64,000 nt of DNA, from contig JBBRPR010000015.1 of the NCBI GenBank assembly GCA_038227875.1, forward strand, positions 95,675 to 159,674, in the 5' to 3' direction. The DNA comes from Planctomycetota bacterium (GTDB taxonomy: Bacteria; Planctomycetota; SZUA-567; H5-PLA8). This document shows positions 45,113 to 55,378 of the stretch, in pieces. Below the pieces are notes generated by a model that was not told the origin of the DNA, searched no databases, and was given only the letters and a program-made list of their open reading frames with translations. The translations under genes and the position numbers were made by a program. Position 1 is the stretch's first letter. Every line of letters begins with the position of its first letter.

Positions 45113-46725
45113 GCCAGCCGGCGGCACCCACTCAGCCCATTCAACAGAACGCGTGGAAAGCCGCCCTCGTCGGCCGCTGGGTGGTGCTCGCGCTGCTGGC
45201 GGGGCATCTGCTGCTGCGTCAGACGTTCGCGCATTTAAGTTTCACGAGTCTCATTCAGCTGGCCACCGACCACCATCTGCCGACGGAAGGCTCGCCACGT
45301 CCCACGTGGGTGCCGGGATTTTTCGATCGGCTGTACCTCACCGAAGTCTGCATGGTGCTACTGCTGCCGCTCGCTTTTTACGTCTGGAATTACGCGCGCG
45401 CGCATCCCAACGAAGCGACCCCCGGACAGGAAGACGCCTCGCGTCGGTTGGGGTTGCCTTTTCTGGCGGCGCTCGCGTTTCTCTTGTGGGGTGCCAGTCA
45501 CGCGTTGGCGGCGGTGCTGTTGCCCAGCGGAACGCTACCGGATCTGCCGCCGGGTTTCGCGGCGCATCCGATTCCCGATTGGTACCTGGTCTTCCGCCAG
45601 AGCGCGCTGAGCGGCTACGCGCTGTTTTTTATGTACACGTTCCTATTCTTCCGCAATTTCTGGCGATTCACGACGGTCGCTGCAGTGGTCGCGGTGGCCG
45701 TGGCAATCGCCTGCGCCGTGCTGGATTGGCGCGGCTACCTGGGCGAGTGGAATATTCAAGGCACGCTCTTTGGCCAGGAGACACTGGCGCTGGCGATGCT
45801 CGCCATGTTCGTGGTCTTCGCGAATTTCAACGCGCTGCCTCTCCGCGCCGCGGCGTTATTGGTGATCGCTTTCGTGGGTTGGCGGCAGACGTTCCGCTTT
45901 CAATCCGGCGTTCCGATTTCCATCGCCGGAGCGCTGCTGCTCTACCTTTTCGTCGGCGTGTTGGTGCTCCAACGCGGCCAATCGCGGACGCTCAAACGCG
46001 CCGCCGCCTGCCTGATCCTGCTCGCCGCGATGGCCATCGGCTACAAAGCGCTGCGCAGTACCACGTCGACGACCTCGGCGGAAGTGGCGTCGAAAGTCAG
46101 CTCCTGGTCGCCGCAGATCTACCGCGATCTTCTGAAAATTTACGATACGACGACCGGCCCCGCCGATCCCGCTAACCCGATGATCTCCCGCCGTCCACCG
46201 TACGTGGCGATGACCGATCCGGAAGTGTACAAGCTGCAGGCCGTCTACGTCGCCACGCCGTCGGTGAACTCCGCCGACATCGTCTGGCGCATTTTTGTCT
46301 GGCGCAAGAAAGCCGCCGACTGGTTCCATGGCCGCCCGCTGATCGGCGCGGGTGTCGGGCAGCCGTGGTTCTACGAAGCGCTCTACCACACGAATTACCA
46401 TTACGGCGAGGAACGAGAGGGCCTCGACCCGCACAACAGCTTTCTGAATCTGCTCTACCGCTACGGGCTGATTGGACTGGCGCTGGTGCTGGCGACGATG
46501 TTCCTCGTGGTCGCGTACGCCGTAAAAGCGCTGCGCCGCCGCATCCAGGGCGACGCGCTTTTGGAAGGTTTGCTGCTCTACTTTTTCTTCTCAGCCACAT
46601 TCGCGTTTTTCAACAACGCGCTGGAAGGCCCGTCGTACGCGCTGCCGTTCTGGATCTCGCTGGGCCTGGTCTACGCCCGCGCGTGGCAGGTCACGAACAT
46701 GAGCGCACCGGAAAAGTCTTCATAA
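45109..46725 (+). CDS. O-antigen ligase/polymerase-family membrane protein
   Basis: Many TM helices; R..VW...PLIGAG.G and PHNSFLNLLYRYGLIG motifs; ATGA overlap with the upstream gene. Confidence 0.8.
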   Translation: MSQPAAPTQPIQQNAWKAALVGRWVVLALLAGHLLLRQTFAHLSFTSLIQLATDHHLPTEGSPRPTWVPGFFDRLYLTEVCMVLLLPLAFYVWNYARAHPNEATPGQEDASRRLGLPFLAALAFLLWGASHALAAVLLPSGTLPDLPPGFAAHPIPDWYLVFRQSALSGYALFFMYTFLFFRNFWRFTTVAAVVAVAVAIACAVLDWRGYLGEWNIQGTLFGQETLALAMLAMFVVFANFNALPLRAAALLVIAFVGWRQTFRFQSGVPISIAGALLLYLFVGVLVLQRGQSRTLKRAAACLILLAAMAIGYKALRSTTSTTSAEVASKVSSWSPQIYRDLLKIYDTTTGPADPANPMISRRPPYVAMTDPEVYKLQAVYVATPSVNSADIVWRIFVWRKKAADWFHGRPLIGAGVGQPWFYEALYHTNYHYGEEREGLDPHNSFLNLLYRYGLIGLALVLATMFLVVAYAVKALRRRIQGDALLEGLLLYFFFSATFAFFNNALEGPSYALPFWISLGLVYARAWQVTNMSAPEKSS

Positions 46726-46782
46726 GCCACATTTAGCGCAAGTCCGCAGGCGGGTATTCGTACCTTATAGTGGTGGAACTTC

Positions 46783-48123
46783 ATGGGGATTCCTGTGCGA
46801 ATTATTGCGCTCACGCTTTTCATTACTGTCTTGAGCGCCGCGACCTGCGCCGAGCCCGCGAGCACGTCTTCGGATGCGGAGATCGAGCGGCAGGTGAAGC
46901 TGCTTGGATCGGATGATTTTGGCGAACGCGAAGCGGCTGAACAAGCGCTGGCGAAATTTGGCATTCTTGCGGAGCGCGCTCTGCTCGCTGCCGAGAAGAG
47001 CGTCGATGCGGAAGTGCGCAGCCGGGCGGCGCGGTGTCTGGTGGGCGTGCGGTGGCAAAAGGTGCTCAAAGAGGAGTCTGCATTTCTGGCCGGATTCGGA
47101 CCTGTGTTTGGCGCATCCAAATCTGGCGGCCCGGCGCCGATCTTATCGGATGAGCCTGCTTCACCACCGAAGGCGGTCGTGGAAAGCGAAGACCGGATTC
47201 TCGATTGGTTGGCGCGTGCGCAGGAAAAGGACGGGCATTGGGATGCAAAAAAGTACGGCGCGCAAACGGACGCAGACGTGGCTCAGACAGCACTGGCGTT
47301 AATGGTATTTTTGAATGCCGGACATTCTGAAAAAGCAGGAACCTACAAGGCCAATGTGAAACTGGCCGTTTCCTGGTTGCGCCAGCAGCAGCGCGAGGAC
47401 GGAGCGTATGCAAAGCCGGGCGATTCCGTCGACGGCATCACGCATGCCCTGGCAGGCGACGCAATGGCTCAAGCCGGAGGTTTCGCGCGCACCAAGGATA
47501 CGCTTGAAAGCGCACAGAATGCAGTTTCGTATTCCATCGAAAAGCATCAACACCAAACCGCTGATGGCCCGTCGGGATTTACGAGAACCGCTGGAGCAAC
47601 CGATGCCGACCTGCTCACGACGCTTTTCTTTATAATGCAATTGAGGTCCGCGAAAATCTCTCAGCTGCGCGTGCCCGTGGAATCGCTAAACGGCATCTAC
47701 CTATTCCTGGCAACCTGTGAGGCTGCGGACGGAAAGGGGTACAGCTTTCTCCCTGGAAAGCCATGTTCCCCCAAAGCCACGCTCACCGGCTGCGCTGTGG
47801 CGATACTTACGGGGACGAAGAAAGAAGACATTGAATCGGTTGTCGAGCTGGCCGCGAAAGATTTTGTGCCCAGTGACGGTCGCGAAAATTCCGATGCCTT
47901 GTTTTCCTATCTGGGCACGTATGTCATGTTTCAACAGGGTGGAGTCCTATGGAAAAGCTGGAGCGATGCGGTTAATGCAGACATCAAGTCCAAGCTTGTT
48001 TCAACAGGTCCCAATGCAGGTTCGTGGAATCCCTCTGGCGTGTGGGCTTCGGGCGGCCGCGTGCTGACGACGTCCTTGCATGCTCTTTGCTATGTCTATT
48101 ACCGCCGTTTTCCACAACCATGA
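46783..48123 (+). CDS. Secreted HEAT-capped prenyltransferase/squalene-oxidase-repeat protein (paralog 1)
   Basis: Signal peptide; LGSDDFGEREAA module; WLARAQEKDGHW, TALALMVFLNAG, GSW.P...GGRV.TT. Confidence 0.75.
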   Translation: MGIPVRIIALTLFITVLSAATCAEPASTSSDAEIERQVKLLGSDDFGEREAAEQALAKFGILAERALLAAEKSVDAEVRSRAARCLVGVRWQKVLKEESAFLAGFGPVFGASKSGGPAPILSDEPASPPKAVVESEDRILDWLARAQEKDGHWDAKKYGAQTDADVAQTALALMVFLNAGHSEKAGTYKANVKLAVSWLRQQQREDGAYAKPGDSVDGITHALAGDAMAQAGGFARTKDTLESAQNAVSYSIEKHQHQTADGPSGFTRTAGATDADLLTTLFFIMQLRSAKISQLRVPVESLNGIYLFLATCEAADGKGYSFLPGKPCSPKATLTGCAVAILTGTKKEDIESVVELAAKDFVPSDGRENSDALFSYLGTYVMFQQGGVLWKSWSDAVNADIKSKLVSTGPNAGSWNPSGVWASGGRVLTTSLHALCYVYYRRFPQP

Positions 48124-49487
48124 GATCCGTCATGCGAGTCCCGCTGATGTCGTTTCTGGCACTGATATTTTCCGCTTACGGTGCGGAGCCCGCGAACACG
48201 CCTCCGGACGCGGAGATCGAGCAGCGGGTGAAGCTGCTCGGGTCGGATGATTTTAACGAGCGGCAGGCGGCGGAGCGTTCTCTGGAAAAAATCGGCGACG
48301 CGGCGGAACGTGCGCTGCAGGCCGCAGAAAAAGGCGACGATGCGGAGACGTGCATCCGGGCGACGCGGCTGCTGGTGAATGTCCGCTGGAATCGGGGCTG
48401 CAAAGAGGAAGCGGCTTGGCTGGCGAAGCTCGGGCCGACGCTGGGGACTTCGCGGCCGGGGGATAAGGCCAGCGGCGTGATTGATTCCACTAAGGTCGGG
48501 GATGACCCGAATCATGGCGGGACGGATGTTTGGCTTGCATCCAATCAAGAAGCGGATGGTCACTGGGATTCGAAGAAATTCGGGGCGCAGAGCGACGCGG
48601 ACATCGAGCAGACGGCGCTCGCGTTGCTGGCATTTTTGGGCGCCGGTCACTCGGAGCGTGTCGGCAGGTACAAAACCAACGTGAAAAACGGCCTCGATTG
48701 GCTGCGAAAGTTGCAGCGTGAAGATGGTGCGTTTACCAAGCCCGGCCAGCCGGTCGACGGGATTGCGCACGCGCTGGCTGGATTGGCAATGGCAGAAGCC
48801 GCCGGAATGGGAAACTTGAAGCCATCAAAAGACAGTGCGCAGTTGGCATTTCAATACTCGACGGCAAATCACCAGGTCGGCACTGGCTCCGACCTGTCGG
48901 GATTCACTCGAGCAGCTCACAGCACCGATCCCGATCTGTTGACGACGATGTTCTTCACGATGCAGATGAAGTCCACAAAGATCGCCGGGTTGAAGGTCGG
49001 GGCTGAATCGTTTGATGGCGCGCTCAAATTTCTGAAACTCTGTGAGGCAGGTAGCGGAAAGGGCTACAGTTTCACGCCAGGCTTGAATCCATCGCCGAAA
49101 GCCACGTTTGCAGGATGCCTCATCGGTATGTCTATGGGCTATACGAAAGATCAATTTGAATTGGCCGCTGCTCATGCATTTGAGGGGTTTCGGCCCGTAT
49201 CAGGCGAAGAGGACTGCGACGCTCTAATGACCTACATTGGCACCTTGGTAATATTCAACGTTGACAACCACTACCAATTCACCGCAATTGATGGGGAGGG
49301 AAGAGGTCTTTGGAAACTTTGGAACGACACCATGATTAAAAATCTGCAGAAACAAATGATTCAGGACGGACCCGCAGCCTGCTGGAATCCCACCGGCACG
49401 TGGGCCAGCGGCGGACGCCTGCTGGCCACCGAGCTTCATTGCCTCAGCCTTGAAATTTATTACCGCTACAAACAACTGAAACGCTAA
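48120..49487 (+). CDS. Secreted HEAT-capped prenyltransferase/squalene-oxidase-repeat protein (paralog 2)
   Basis: Colinear similarity to paralog 1; WLASNQEADGHW, TALALLAFLGAGH, LSLEIYYRY; ATGA overlap (alternative start 48132). Confidence 0.75.
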   Translation: MRSVMRVPLMSFLALIFSAYGAEPANTPPDAEIEQRVKLLGSDDFNERQAAERSLEKIGDAAERALQAAEKGDDAETCIRATRLLVNVRWNRGCKEEAAWLAKLGPTLGTSRPGDKASGVIDSTKVGDDPNHGGTDVWLASNQEADGHWDSKKFGAQSDADIEQTALALLAFLGAGHSERVGRYKTNVKNGLDWLRKLQREDGAFTKPGQPVDGIAHALAGLAMAEAAGMGNLKPSKDSAQLAFQYSTANHQVGTGSDLSGFTRAAHSTDPDLLTTMFFTMQMKSTKIAGLKVGAESFDGALKFLKLCEAGSGKGYSFTPGLNPSPKATFAGCLIGMSMGYTKDQFELAAAHAFEGFRPVSGEEDCDALMTYIGTLVIFNVDNHYQFTAIDGEGRGLWKLWNDTMIKNLQKQMIQDGPAACWNPTGTWASGGRLLATELHCLSLEIYYRYKQLKR

Positions 49488-49490
49488 CAT

Positions 49491-50288
49491 TCACGACACG
49501 CCCAGAATATACCGTGCCGCCGGGGAGAGCCGGTCGTACGTTCGCTTGAGCAGGCGCGCGTTCTGGTATTCGCCTTTGTCCCAGTACTTGCCGGAGACCA
49601 TGTACGGAAAAATGGCGCGGCGGCGCTGGCCGTTTTTGTTGAGCGTGCCGCTGTGCCAGGTGTGGCCGTTGTAAACTAGCACGCTGCCGGCCGGCGCGGA
49701 CATAATGATCTGTTGGGGATGCGCGTCGGACGCGTCTTTCATCGTCGTCTCCGGGCGTCCAGTCCAGCGGTGCGAACCGGGAACCACGCGCGTCGCGCCG
49801 TTTTCGGGCGTGAAGTCATCGAGCATAAACGCAGCATCGGCGGATTGATTGGGATTGTGAGCGTCGTGGTCCTTGCCCCAGTAGTCCGGATGCAGGCCCT
49901 GCTGCTTGCCTTCAAAATTCGGTAGCGGTTCGCGCGCGCTCAACGCCTGCAGGTGGAACTCGCCCTGAATGACGTGGTAGACAGCGGCGAGATACTTCGG
50001 ATGCGTGTAGACGCGGTCGAAAACTTCGCCCTTGTTCGGCAGATTGCCGATGCGCAGCGCGCCGACTTCCTGATGGTAGTCCAGCCCCGCCGCCGCGCCT
50101 TCTTTCTGCGCGAGCGCGTCATAAGCGTCGCGAAGTTCCTTGAGCCACGCCGCGTCGATCAGGCCGGGGAAGAGGAGATATCCTTTTTCGTCCAGACCCT
50201 GCTTTTCAGCGGAAGTGAGCGTGGTCTCGGTGACGCCCAGGGCGGCAAGGGCGTCCTGAATCGTGGCGACATCGCAGGTGGCATTCAT
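49491..50288 (-). CDS. Phytanoyl-CoA dioxygenase family Fe(II)/2OG enzyme
   Basis: LHPD (HxD), LDDFTPENGATRVVPGSH, AGSVLV..TWHSG..N...RR. Confidence 0.88.
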   Translation of the reverse strand: MNATCDVATIQDALAALGVTETTLTSAEKQGLDEKGYLLFPGLIDAAWLKELRDAYDALAQKEGAAAGLDYHQEVGALRIGNLPNKGEVFDRVYTHPKYLAAVYHVIQGEFHLQALSAREPLPNFEGKQQGLHPDYWGKDHDAHNPNQSADAAFMLDDFTPENGATRVVPGSHRWTGRPETTMKDASDAHPQQIIMSAPAGSVLVYNGHTWHSGTLNKNGQRRRAIFPYMVSGKYWDKGEYQNARLLKRTYDRLSPAARYILGVS

Positions 50289-50685
50289 TCAAAGATCTCC
50301 CATGAGGAATTGGTTTCGCGTTGAGTTTTTCGCATCGGCTGCATGACGGGGATAGTACTCTGTGGGAGGCCCCGATGTAAATGCACGGGAGTTGGTTTGT
50401 GATGGACAAAAACGGGGCCAAGTTTTCCATGCCTCCCTTTCCGATAAAGCTAAAAAGTGAATCGCGAGGGCGGCATTTGCAGTGACTTATAGGGGGATAA
50501 ATGGTTATGGGCGATTGCTCATGAGCAACACATTTCAGCAGGAAGATTTGAAGAAATATTCAGGCGAATGCGTTGTTTATATAGAAGAGAACAGTGTGTG
50601 AATCAGGTCGAGAAAGCGTGAAATCGGGCAAACTTTTTGGACGTCTGCGCCGTAGATGTCAGTGAAGCGCGACGAGGAATCAATC

Positions 50686-50907
50686 ATGAACATTACGACG
50701 CTCAGAGCAGGTGATGCAGTACGACGCAGGCATGCATGGGACGGAACGCTGAATTCCGGTACTCCCGTAGGCGAGGTGTTGACGGTCGTGAAAGTGATGC
50801 CGTGCGATACATTTTCGATCTGCCAGCTTTCCGACGGTTCCAGCGAGTTCGATTTTAATCTGCACAAACCCGCCGCCAAGATGCACAGCGCTCGCTTCGC
50901 CTGCTGA
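50686..50907 (+). CDS. Small hypothetical protein
   Basis: GAGGA RBS, 73-aa ORF in an otherwise empty gap. Confidence 0.45.
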   Translation: MNITTLRAGDAVRRRHAWDGTLNSGTPVGEVLTVVKVMPCDTFSICQLSDGSSEFDFNLHKPAAKMHSARFAC

Positions 50908-51001
50908 ACGAGATCCCGCCGCAGGTCCGCGATTGCATTGACAATTCGCTCCGCTCCGCAAACACTATCGAAAAGTGTAGCGTGTTTCCTTCGAGCTAGG
51001 A

Positions 51002-51670
51002 GTGATTGCCGTGCAACTTAACCGCGAACCTGCGGCTTCCAAACAGGACGACGAAGACCTGCGCCTGCTGGCGCATCAGATTTCCTCCTGCCACATCATC
51101 TGGACGGAGGTCTGGCACGGCACCGGAGCGGGCAAGCCAGCCAATCCGTTCATGGCGCTGATCCAGGAGGAGCACCGCCGCAATTTTGACCTCTGGCACG
51201 AAGAGGACAAGGCCCGCGCGCCCGACGCTACGGACGCTCAGATCGCCACCGTGAAGCGCAGCATCGACAAGCTCAACCAGCAACGCAACGATCACATCGA
51301 GAAGCTCGACGAGTTTCTCTACGCGCAGTTGCTGGCGCGGAAGGTCAGTGCGCCGGAAGATGCGCCGTGGAATTCCGAGACGCCCGGCAGCGTGATCGAC
51401 CGGCTCTCGATCCTGAGCCTCAAAGTTTTCCACATGCGCGAGCAGACCGAACGACTCGACGCGACACCCGCTCACATTCAAAAATCACGCGAACGCCTGA
51501 CGGTCCTGACGCGTCAGCACGAAGATCTGACGGCGGCGCTGCAGGTCCTATTCAATGAACTGTTCGCCGGCCGCAAGCAGATGAAGATTTACCGGCAGTT
51601 CAAGATGTACAACGACCCGGACGCGAATCCGGAGATTTACAAAAGCAGGGGTCAGGGGCCAGGGCGGTGA
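51002..51670 (+). CDS. DUF4254-like protein
   Basis: NFDLWHEEDKAR, KRSIDKLNQQRND.IE, NSETPGSVIDRLSILSLK, YRQFKMYND. Confidence 0.8.
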   Translation: MIAVQLNREPAASKQDDEDLRLLAHQISSCHIIWTEVWHGTGAGKPANPFMALIQEEHRRNFDLWHEEDKARAPDATDAQIATVKRSIDKLNQQRNDHIEKLDEFLYAQLLARKVSAPEDAPWNSETPGSVIDRLSILSLKVFHMREQTERLDATPAHIQKSRERLTVLTRQHEDLTAALQVLFNELFAGRKQMKIYRQFKMYNDPDANPEIYKSRGQGPGR

Positions 51671-51673
51671 AGT

Positions 51674-51748
51674 AATTTTTAATTTTGAATTTTTAATTTT
51701 GAATTGAGGTCGCTGCGGCAACAATTCATAATTAAGAATTAAGAATTC
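51674..51748. repeat. AT-rich inverted heptamer array (AATTTTK / AATTAAG)
   Basis: aatttttaattttgaatttttaattttgaattg ... caattcataattaagaattaagaatt between convergent genes. Confidence 0.8.
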
Positions 51749-51765
51749 TAAATTCTTTAATACGG

Positions 51766-52848
51766 TTAAATCGGCACCGGCACTTCTTCCAGAATCTCTG
51801 CTAGGATCGAATCGCTGTCCTTCCGGCTGCCGCCGGCGTCGCGGCCTTTTTCGATGATGCGGTGGCCGAGGACGGGTCGGGCGAGGCGCTTGACGTCGTC
51901 GGGCGTGCAGAAGTTGCGGCCTTCGACGACCGCGTGAGCTTGCGCGGCCCATTTGAGCATCTGGCAACCGCGCGTCGAGACGCCCAGCGCCAAACCCTTG
52001 TGTTCTCGCGTGCGTGTGGCGATTTCTAGAATGTAATCGCTGATCGCATCGACCATGCTGACCTGATCGACGATCTGCTGTAGCTGCACGACTTCCGCGG
52101 CGGTGATTACCGGCTTCATGTTGTCGATCGGGCGCGCGAGACGGTGGCCCTTCAGAATGTTGCGTTCGCTATCGCGGTCCGGGTAGCCGATGGGCACGCG
52201 CAGCAGAAAGCGGTCGAGCTGCGCTTCGGGCAGCGAGTACGTGCCGGCGTATTCGATCGGATTCTGCGTCGCCAGCACCATGAACGGCCGCGGCAGCGGA
52301 TGCGTGATGCCATCGACGGAAACCTGCGCGTCGTTCATCGCTTCCAGCAGCGCCGACTGCGTGCGCGGCGAAGTACGGTTGATTTCGTCGGCGAGCACCA
52401 CGTTGGCGAAAAGCGGGCCGTGGTGGAACTTGAAGCGCGTTTCTTTCTGGTCGAAGACGGAGATGCCGACGACATCGGACGGCAGCATATCCGGCGTGAA
52501 CTGGATGCGGCGGAATTCGCAGTCGATCGAACGGGCCAGCGCGCGAGCCAGCGTGGTTTTGCCGACGCCGGGCACGTCTTCGATCAGGATGTGGCCGCCG
52601 GCGAGCAGACCGACGAGCGTGAATTTGACCGTCTCGCGTTTGCCCAGGATTGCGGCTTCGATGTTGCTGATCAGCGCAGAAATTTTCTGGCGCACCGCCG
52701 GCGAAGCGGCTCCGGCCAGCACTTCCTGCGGAACACTGCGTTCAGCTCCGTTGGCGTCACTCTTACTGGCGTTGGCCAGATGGAGCGCCGCCTCTTGCGG
52801 TGTGAGGGGCGTCAGAGGGGATGCGGCCGAACCAAACGCGCTGCTCAT
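51766..52848 (-). CDS. moxR: MoxR-family AAA+ ATPase
   Basis: HILIEDVPGVGKT, RIQFTPDMLPSD, LADEINR, ATQNPIE..GTY.LPEAQLDRF. Confidence 0.93.
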   Translation of the reverse strand: MSSAFGSAASPLTPLTPQEAALHLANASKSDANGAERSVPQEVLAGAASPAVRQKISALISNIEAAILGKRETVKFTLVGLLAGGHILIEDVPGVGKTTLARALARSIDCEFRRIQFTPDMLPSDVVGISVFDQKETRFKFHHGPLFANVVLADEINRTSPRTQSALLEAMNDAQVSVDGITHPLPRPFMVLATQNPIEYAGTYSLPEAQLDRFLLRVPIGYPDRDSERNILKGHRLARPIDNMKPVITAAEVVQLQQIVDQVSMVDAISDYILEIATRTREHKGLALGVSTRGCQMLKWAAQAHAVVEGRNFCTPDDVKRLARPVLGHRIIEKGRDAGGSRKDSDSILAEILEEVPVPI

Positions 52849-53048
52849 GGAGTGTCGTATCTCAAGTGCGAAACCGATCGTGTGCAATCAACATAGGATA
52901 TAGGAATTTTACCGTTCTGACAAGGAGGAAGGCCACTCGGCAGGATGGCAGTGGCAGTAAGCAGTCTCGCAAAATTCAGCCGTTGCCCATGGCCTGCCGA
53001 GACTGCTTCCTGCTATTGCCTTCTTGCCGGCCGCATCCTTGCCCAGCG

Positions 53049-54602
53049 CTACAATGGAATATTCCCATGCTTCTTCGGCGGGTTTGTGTCGCGCTTGGTG
53101 GAGAGCATGCGGAAGGCCGCGGCGAGTTTCGGACGCGTCTGCGAGGCCTCGATTACTTCGTCAACGTAACCGCGCGCGGCGGCGACGTAGGGATTGGCAA
53201 ACTTTTCGCGGAACAGCGCTTCGAGTTCCACCGCTTTGGCGGCGGGATCCGCGGCTTCCGCGATCGCTTTCTTGTAGAGAATTTCGACGGCGCCCTTGGG
53301 GCCCATCACGGCCATCTCGGCCGTCGGCCACGCGAAATTCAGGTCGCCGCGGATGTGCTTGGAGTTCAGCACGTCATACGCGCCGCCATACGCCTTGCGC
53401 GTGATCACCGTGATGCGCGGGACGGTGGCTTCGCAGTAGGCATAGAGCAGTTTGGCGCCATGCTTGATGATGCCGCCGTGTTCCTGGCGGACGCCGGGCA
53501 GGAAGCCGGGCACATCTTCCAGCGTGAGGATAGGAATGTTGAAGCAGTCGCAGGTGCGGACGAAGCGCGCGCCTTTCAGGGCCGCGTCGATGTCCAGGCA
53601 GCCGGCCAGATGCGCGGGCTGATTGGCAACGACGCCGATCACTTCGCCATCGAGATGGATGTAGCCGATCACCAGGTTGGGCGCGTAAAGCGGTGCGACT
53701 TCGAAGAACTGATTATCGTCGCCGATGGCGCGGATCGCGTGGCGGATGTCGTAGGGCTTCTTCGGATCGTCCGGGACCAGAGTATCGAGTTCTGGTGACG
53801 TGCGCGCCGTCGAGTCGCCGGTGCTGCGGCGGGGCGGGCGTTCCTTGTTGTTCTGCGGCAGAAAGTCGAGCAGCTTGCGCGAGAGTTGCAACAGTGCCAG
53901 ATCGTTGGGCGCGGTGAGGTGTGCGACGCCGGATTTCGTAGCGTGCGTCAACGCACCGCCGAGCTCTTCGAACGAGACGTCTTCGTTGGTCACGGTCTTC
54001 ACCACGTTGGGGCCGGTGACAAACATGTAGCTGGTGTTCTCGACCATCAGCGTGAAATCGGTGATCGCCGGCGAGTAGACCGCGCCGCCCGCGCACGGTC
54101 CCATGATCAGGCTCAGCTGTGGGATGACGCCGCTGGCAAGCGTGTTGCGCAAAAAGATGTCCGCGTAACCGCCGAGCGAGACGACGCCTTCCTGGATGCG
54201 CGCGCCGCCGGAGTCGTTGAGGCCGATCACCGGCGCGCCGACTTTCAGCGCCTGGTCCATCAGCCGGCAGATCTTCGCCGCATGCGCTTCGCCCAGGGAT
54301 CCGCCGAGGACCGTGAAATCCTGGCTGAAGACGAAGACCGTGCGTCCGCCGATCGTACCGAATCCCGTCGCCACGCCGTCGCCCGGCACAACTTGTTTAT
54401 CGAGACCGAAATCGACGCAGCGGTGTTCGACCAGCAGGCCCTGCTCCTGGAACGAATCGGGATCGAGCAGCGCGTGAATGCGTTCGCGCGCGGTGAGCTT
54501 GCCCTTGGCGTGTTGCGCCTTGATGCGTTCGACGCCGCCTCCCGCGAGAGCGGCTTCACGGCGGCGTTCCCGTTCGTGTTTGCGTTTCTCGGCCGGATTC
54601 AT
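53049..54602 (-). CDS. pccB: Acyl-CoA (propionyl/methylmalonyl-CoA) carboxyltransferase beta subunit
   Basis: [51 protein letters not shown]; substrate not certain. Confidence 0.85.
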   Translation of the reverse strand: MNPAEKRKHERERRREAALAGGGVERIKAQHAKGKLTARERIHALLDPDSFQEQGLLVEHRCVDFGLDKQVVPGDGVATGFGTIGGRTVFVFSQDFTVLGGSLGEAHAAKICRLMDQALKVGAPVIGLNDSGGARIQEGVVSLGGYADIFLRNTLASGVIPQLSLIMGPCAGGAVYSPAITDFTLMVENTSYMFVTGPNVVKTVTNEDVSFEELGGALTHATKSGVAHLTAPNDLALLQLSRKLLDFLPQNNKERPPRRSTGDSTARTSPELDTLVPDDPKKPYDIRHAIRAIGDDNQFFEVAPLYAPNLVIGYIHLDGEVIGVVANQPAHLAGCLDIDAALKGARFVRTCDCFNIPILTLEDVPGFLPGVRQEHGGIIKHGAKLLYAYCEATVPRITVITRKAYGGAYDVLNSKHIRGDLNFAWPTAEMAVMGPKGAVEILYKKAIAEAADPAAKAVELEALFREKFANPYVAAARGYVDEVIEASQTRPKLAAAFRMLSTKRDTNPPKKHGNIPL

Positions 54603-55378
54603 GGTCGGGTTTGACGACTCCTTAAGTTGTGGCGTTTGCGGAACCAGACGGCCATCATGATGTTTAGCGCGAAAATCGCCAGCGCAGCCAGTACATAAGT
54701 TGTCGTCGAGTGACCGCGCGAGAACAGCGCCGTCAGGGTTCGTCCGGACGGCCCGAACAGTTCCGGCGCGGTGAAGGTCCATGTCGCCGACTGCGCATCC
54801 GATTTCGGAGCGTTGCTTTCGAGCAGCGGACCGGGGCCTTTGAGCGTGAACGTGAGCGTGATCTCCGAACCGAATTGTTTCACATCGTCGGCCGTGCTGT
54901 CGGTGATCGGTGAAATGCGGCGGGAGAATTCCAGTTCGCCGGGCTTTTCGACGAGACTGATGTTACTGAGCGGCGAGCGCTTATTGGCCGCCCACACCAC
55001 AAGGCTGCGGATGTCGTCGAACGTGTAGGTGGCAGTGGTGGTGACGCGGCCGTTGCTGGACGCCTGATTGTATTTCAGCGCGATTTTCGGCGGCAATTCC
55101 TGGCTTAAGTATTTCTCGCTGAACATCTCCGCCGCCGCGCTGGCCCGCGCGTCGTCGGGACGTTCGAGGATCAGCGTTGCGGTGCCGGAACGGTCGGCAT
55201 GGATGTCGAGGGATTCGTCGTAGCGGACGCATCCAGCGGTGAAGAGCAGGAGGAAGGAGAGGAGCGCTAAGTTCCATCTTCCAATTCCCTGCGCGGGCGT
55301 GACGAGGCTACCTTTTGCTTTCTTCCATTTTCTCAATGATCTCGCCCGTCTCGTTACCTTCCATGTGGCCATCGGCAT
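54599..55378 (-). CDS. LppM-like lipoprotein with a C-terminal TM anchor (start uncertain)
   Basis: LLLFTAGC lipobox then [27 protein letters not shown]-terminal TM helix. Confidence 0.65.
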   Translation of the reverse strand: MPMATWKVTRRARSLRKWKKAKGSLVTPAQGIGRWNLALLSFLLLFTAGCVRYDESLDIHADRSGTATLILERPDDARASAAAEMFSEKYLSQELPPKIALKYNQASSNGRVTTTATYTFDDIRSLVVWAANKRSPLSNISLVEKPGELEFSRRISPITDSTADDVKQFGSEITLTFTLKGPGPLLESNAPKSDAQSATWTFTAPELFGPSGRTLTALFSRGHSTTTYVLAALAIFALNIMMAVWFRKRHNLRSRQTRP

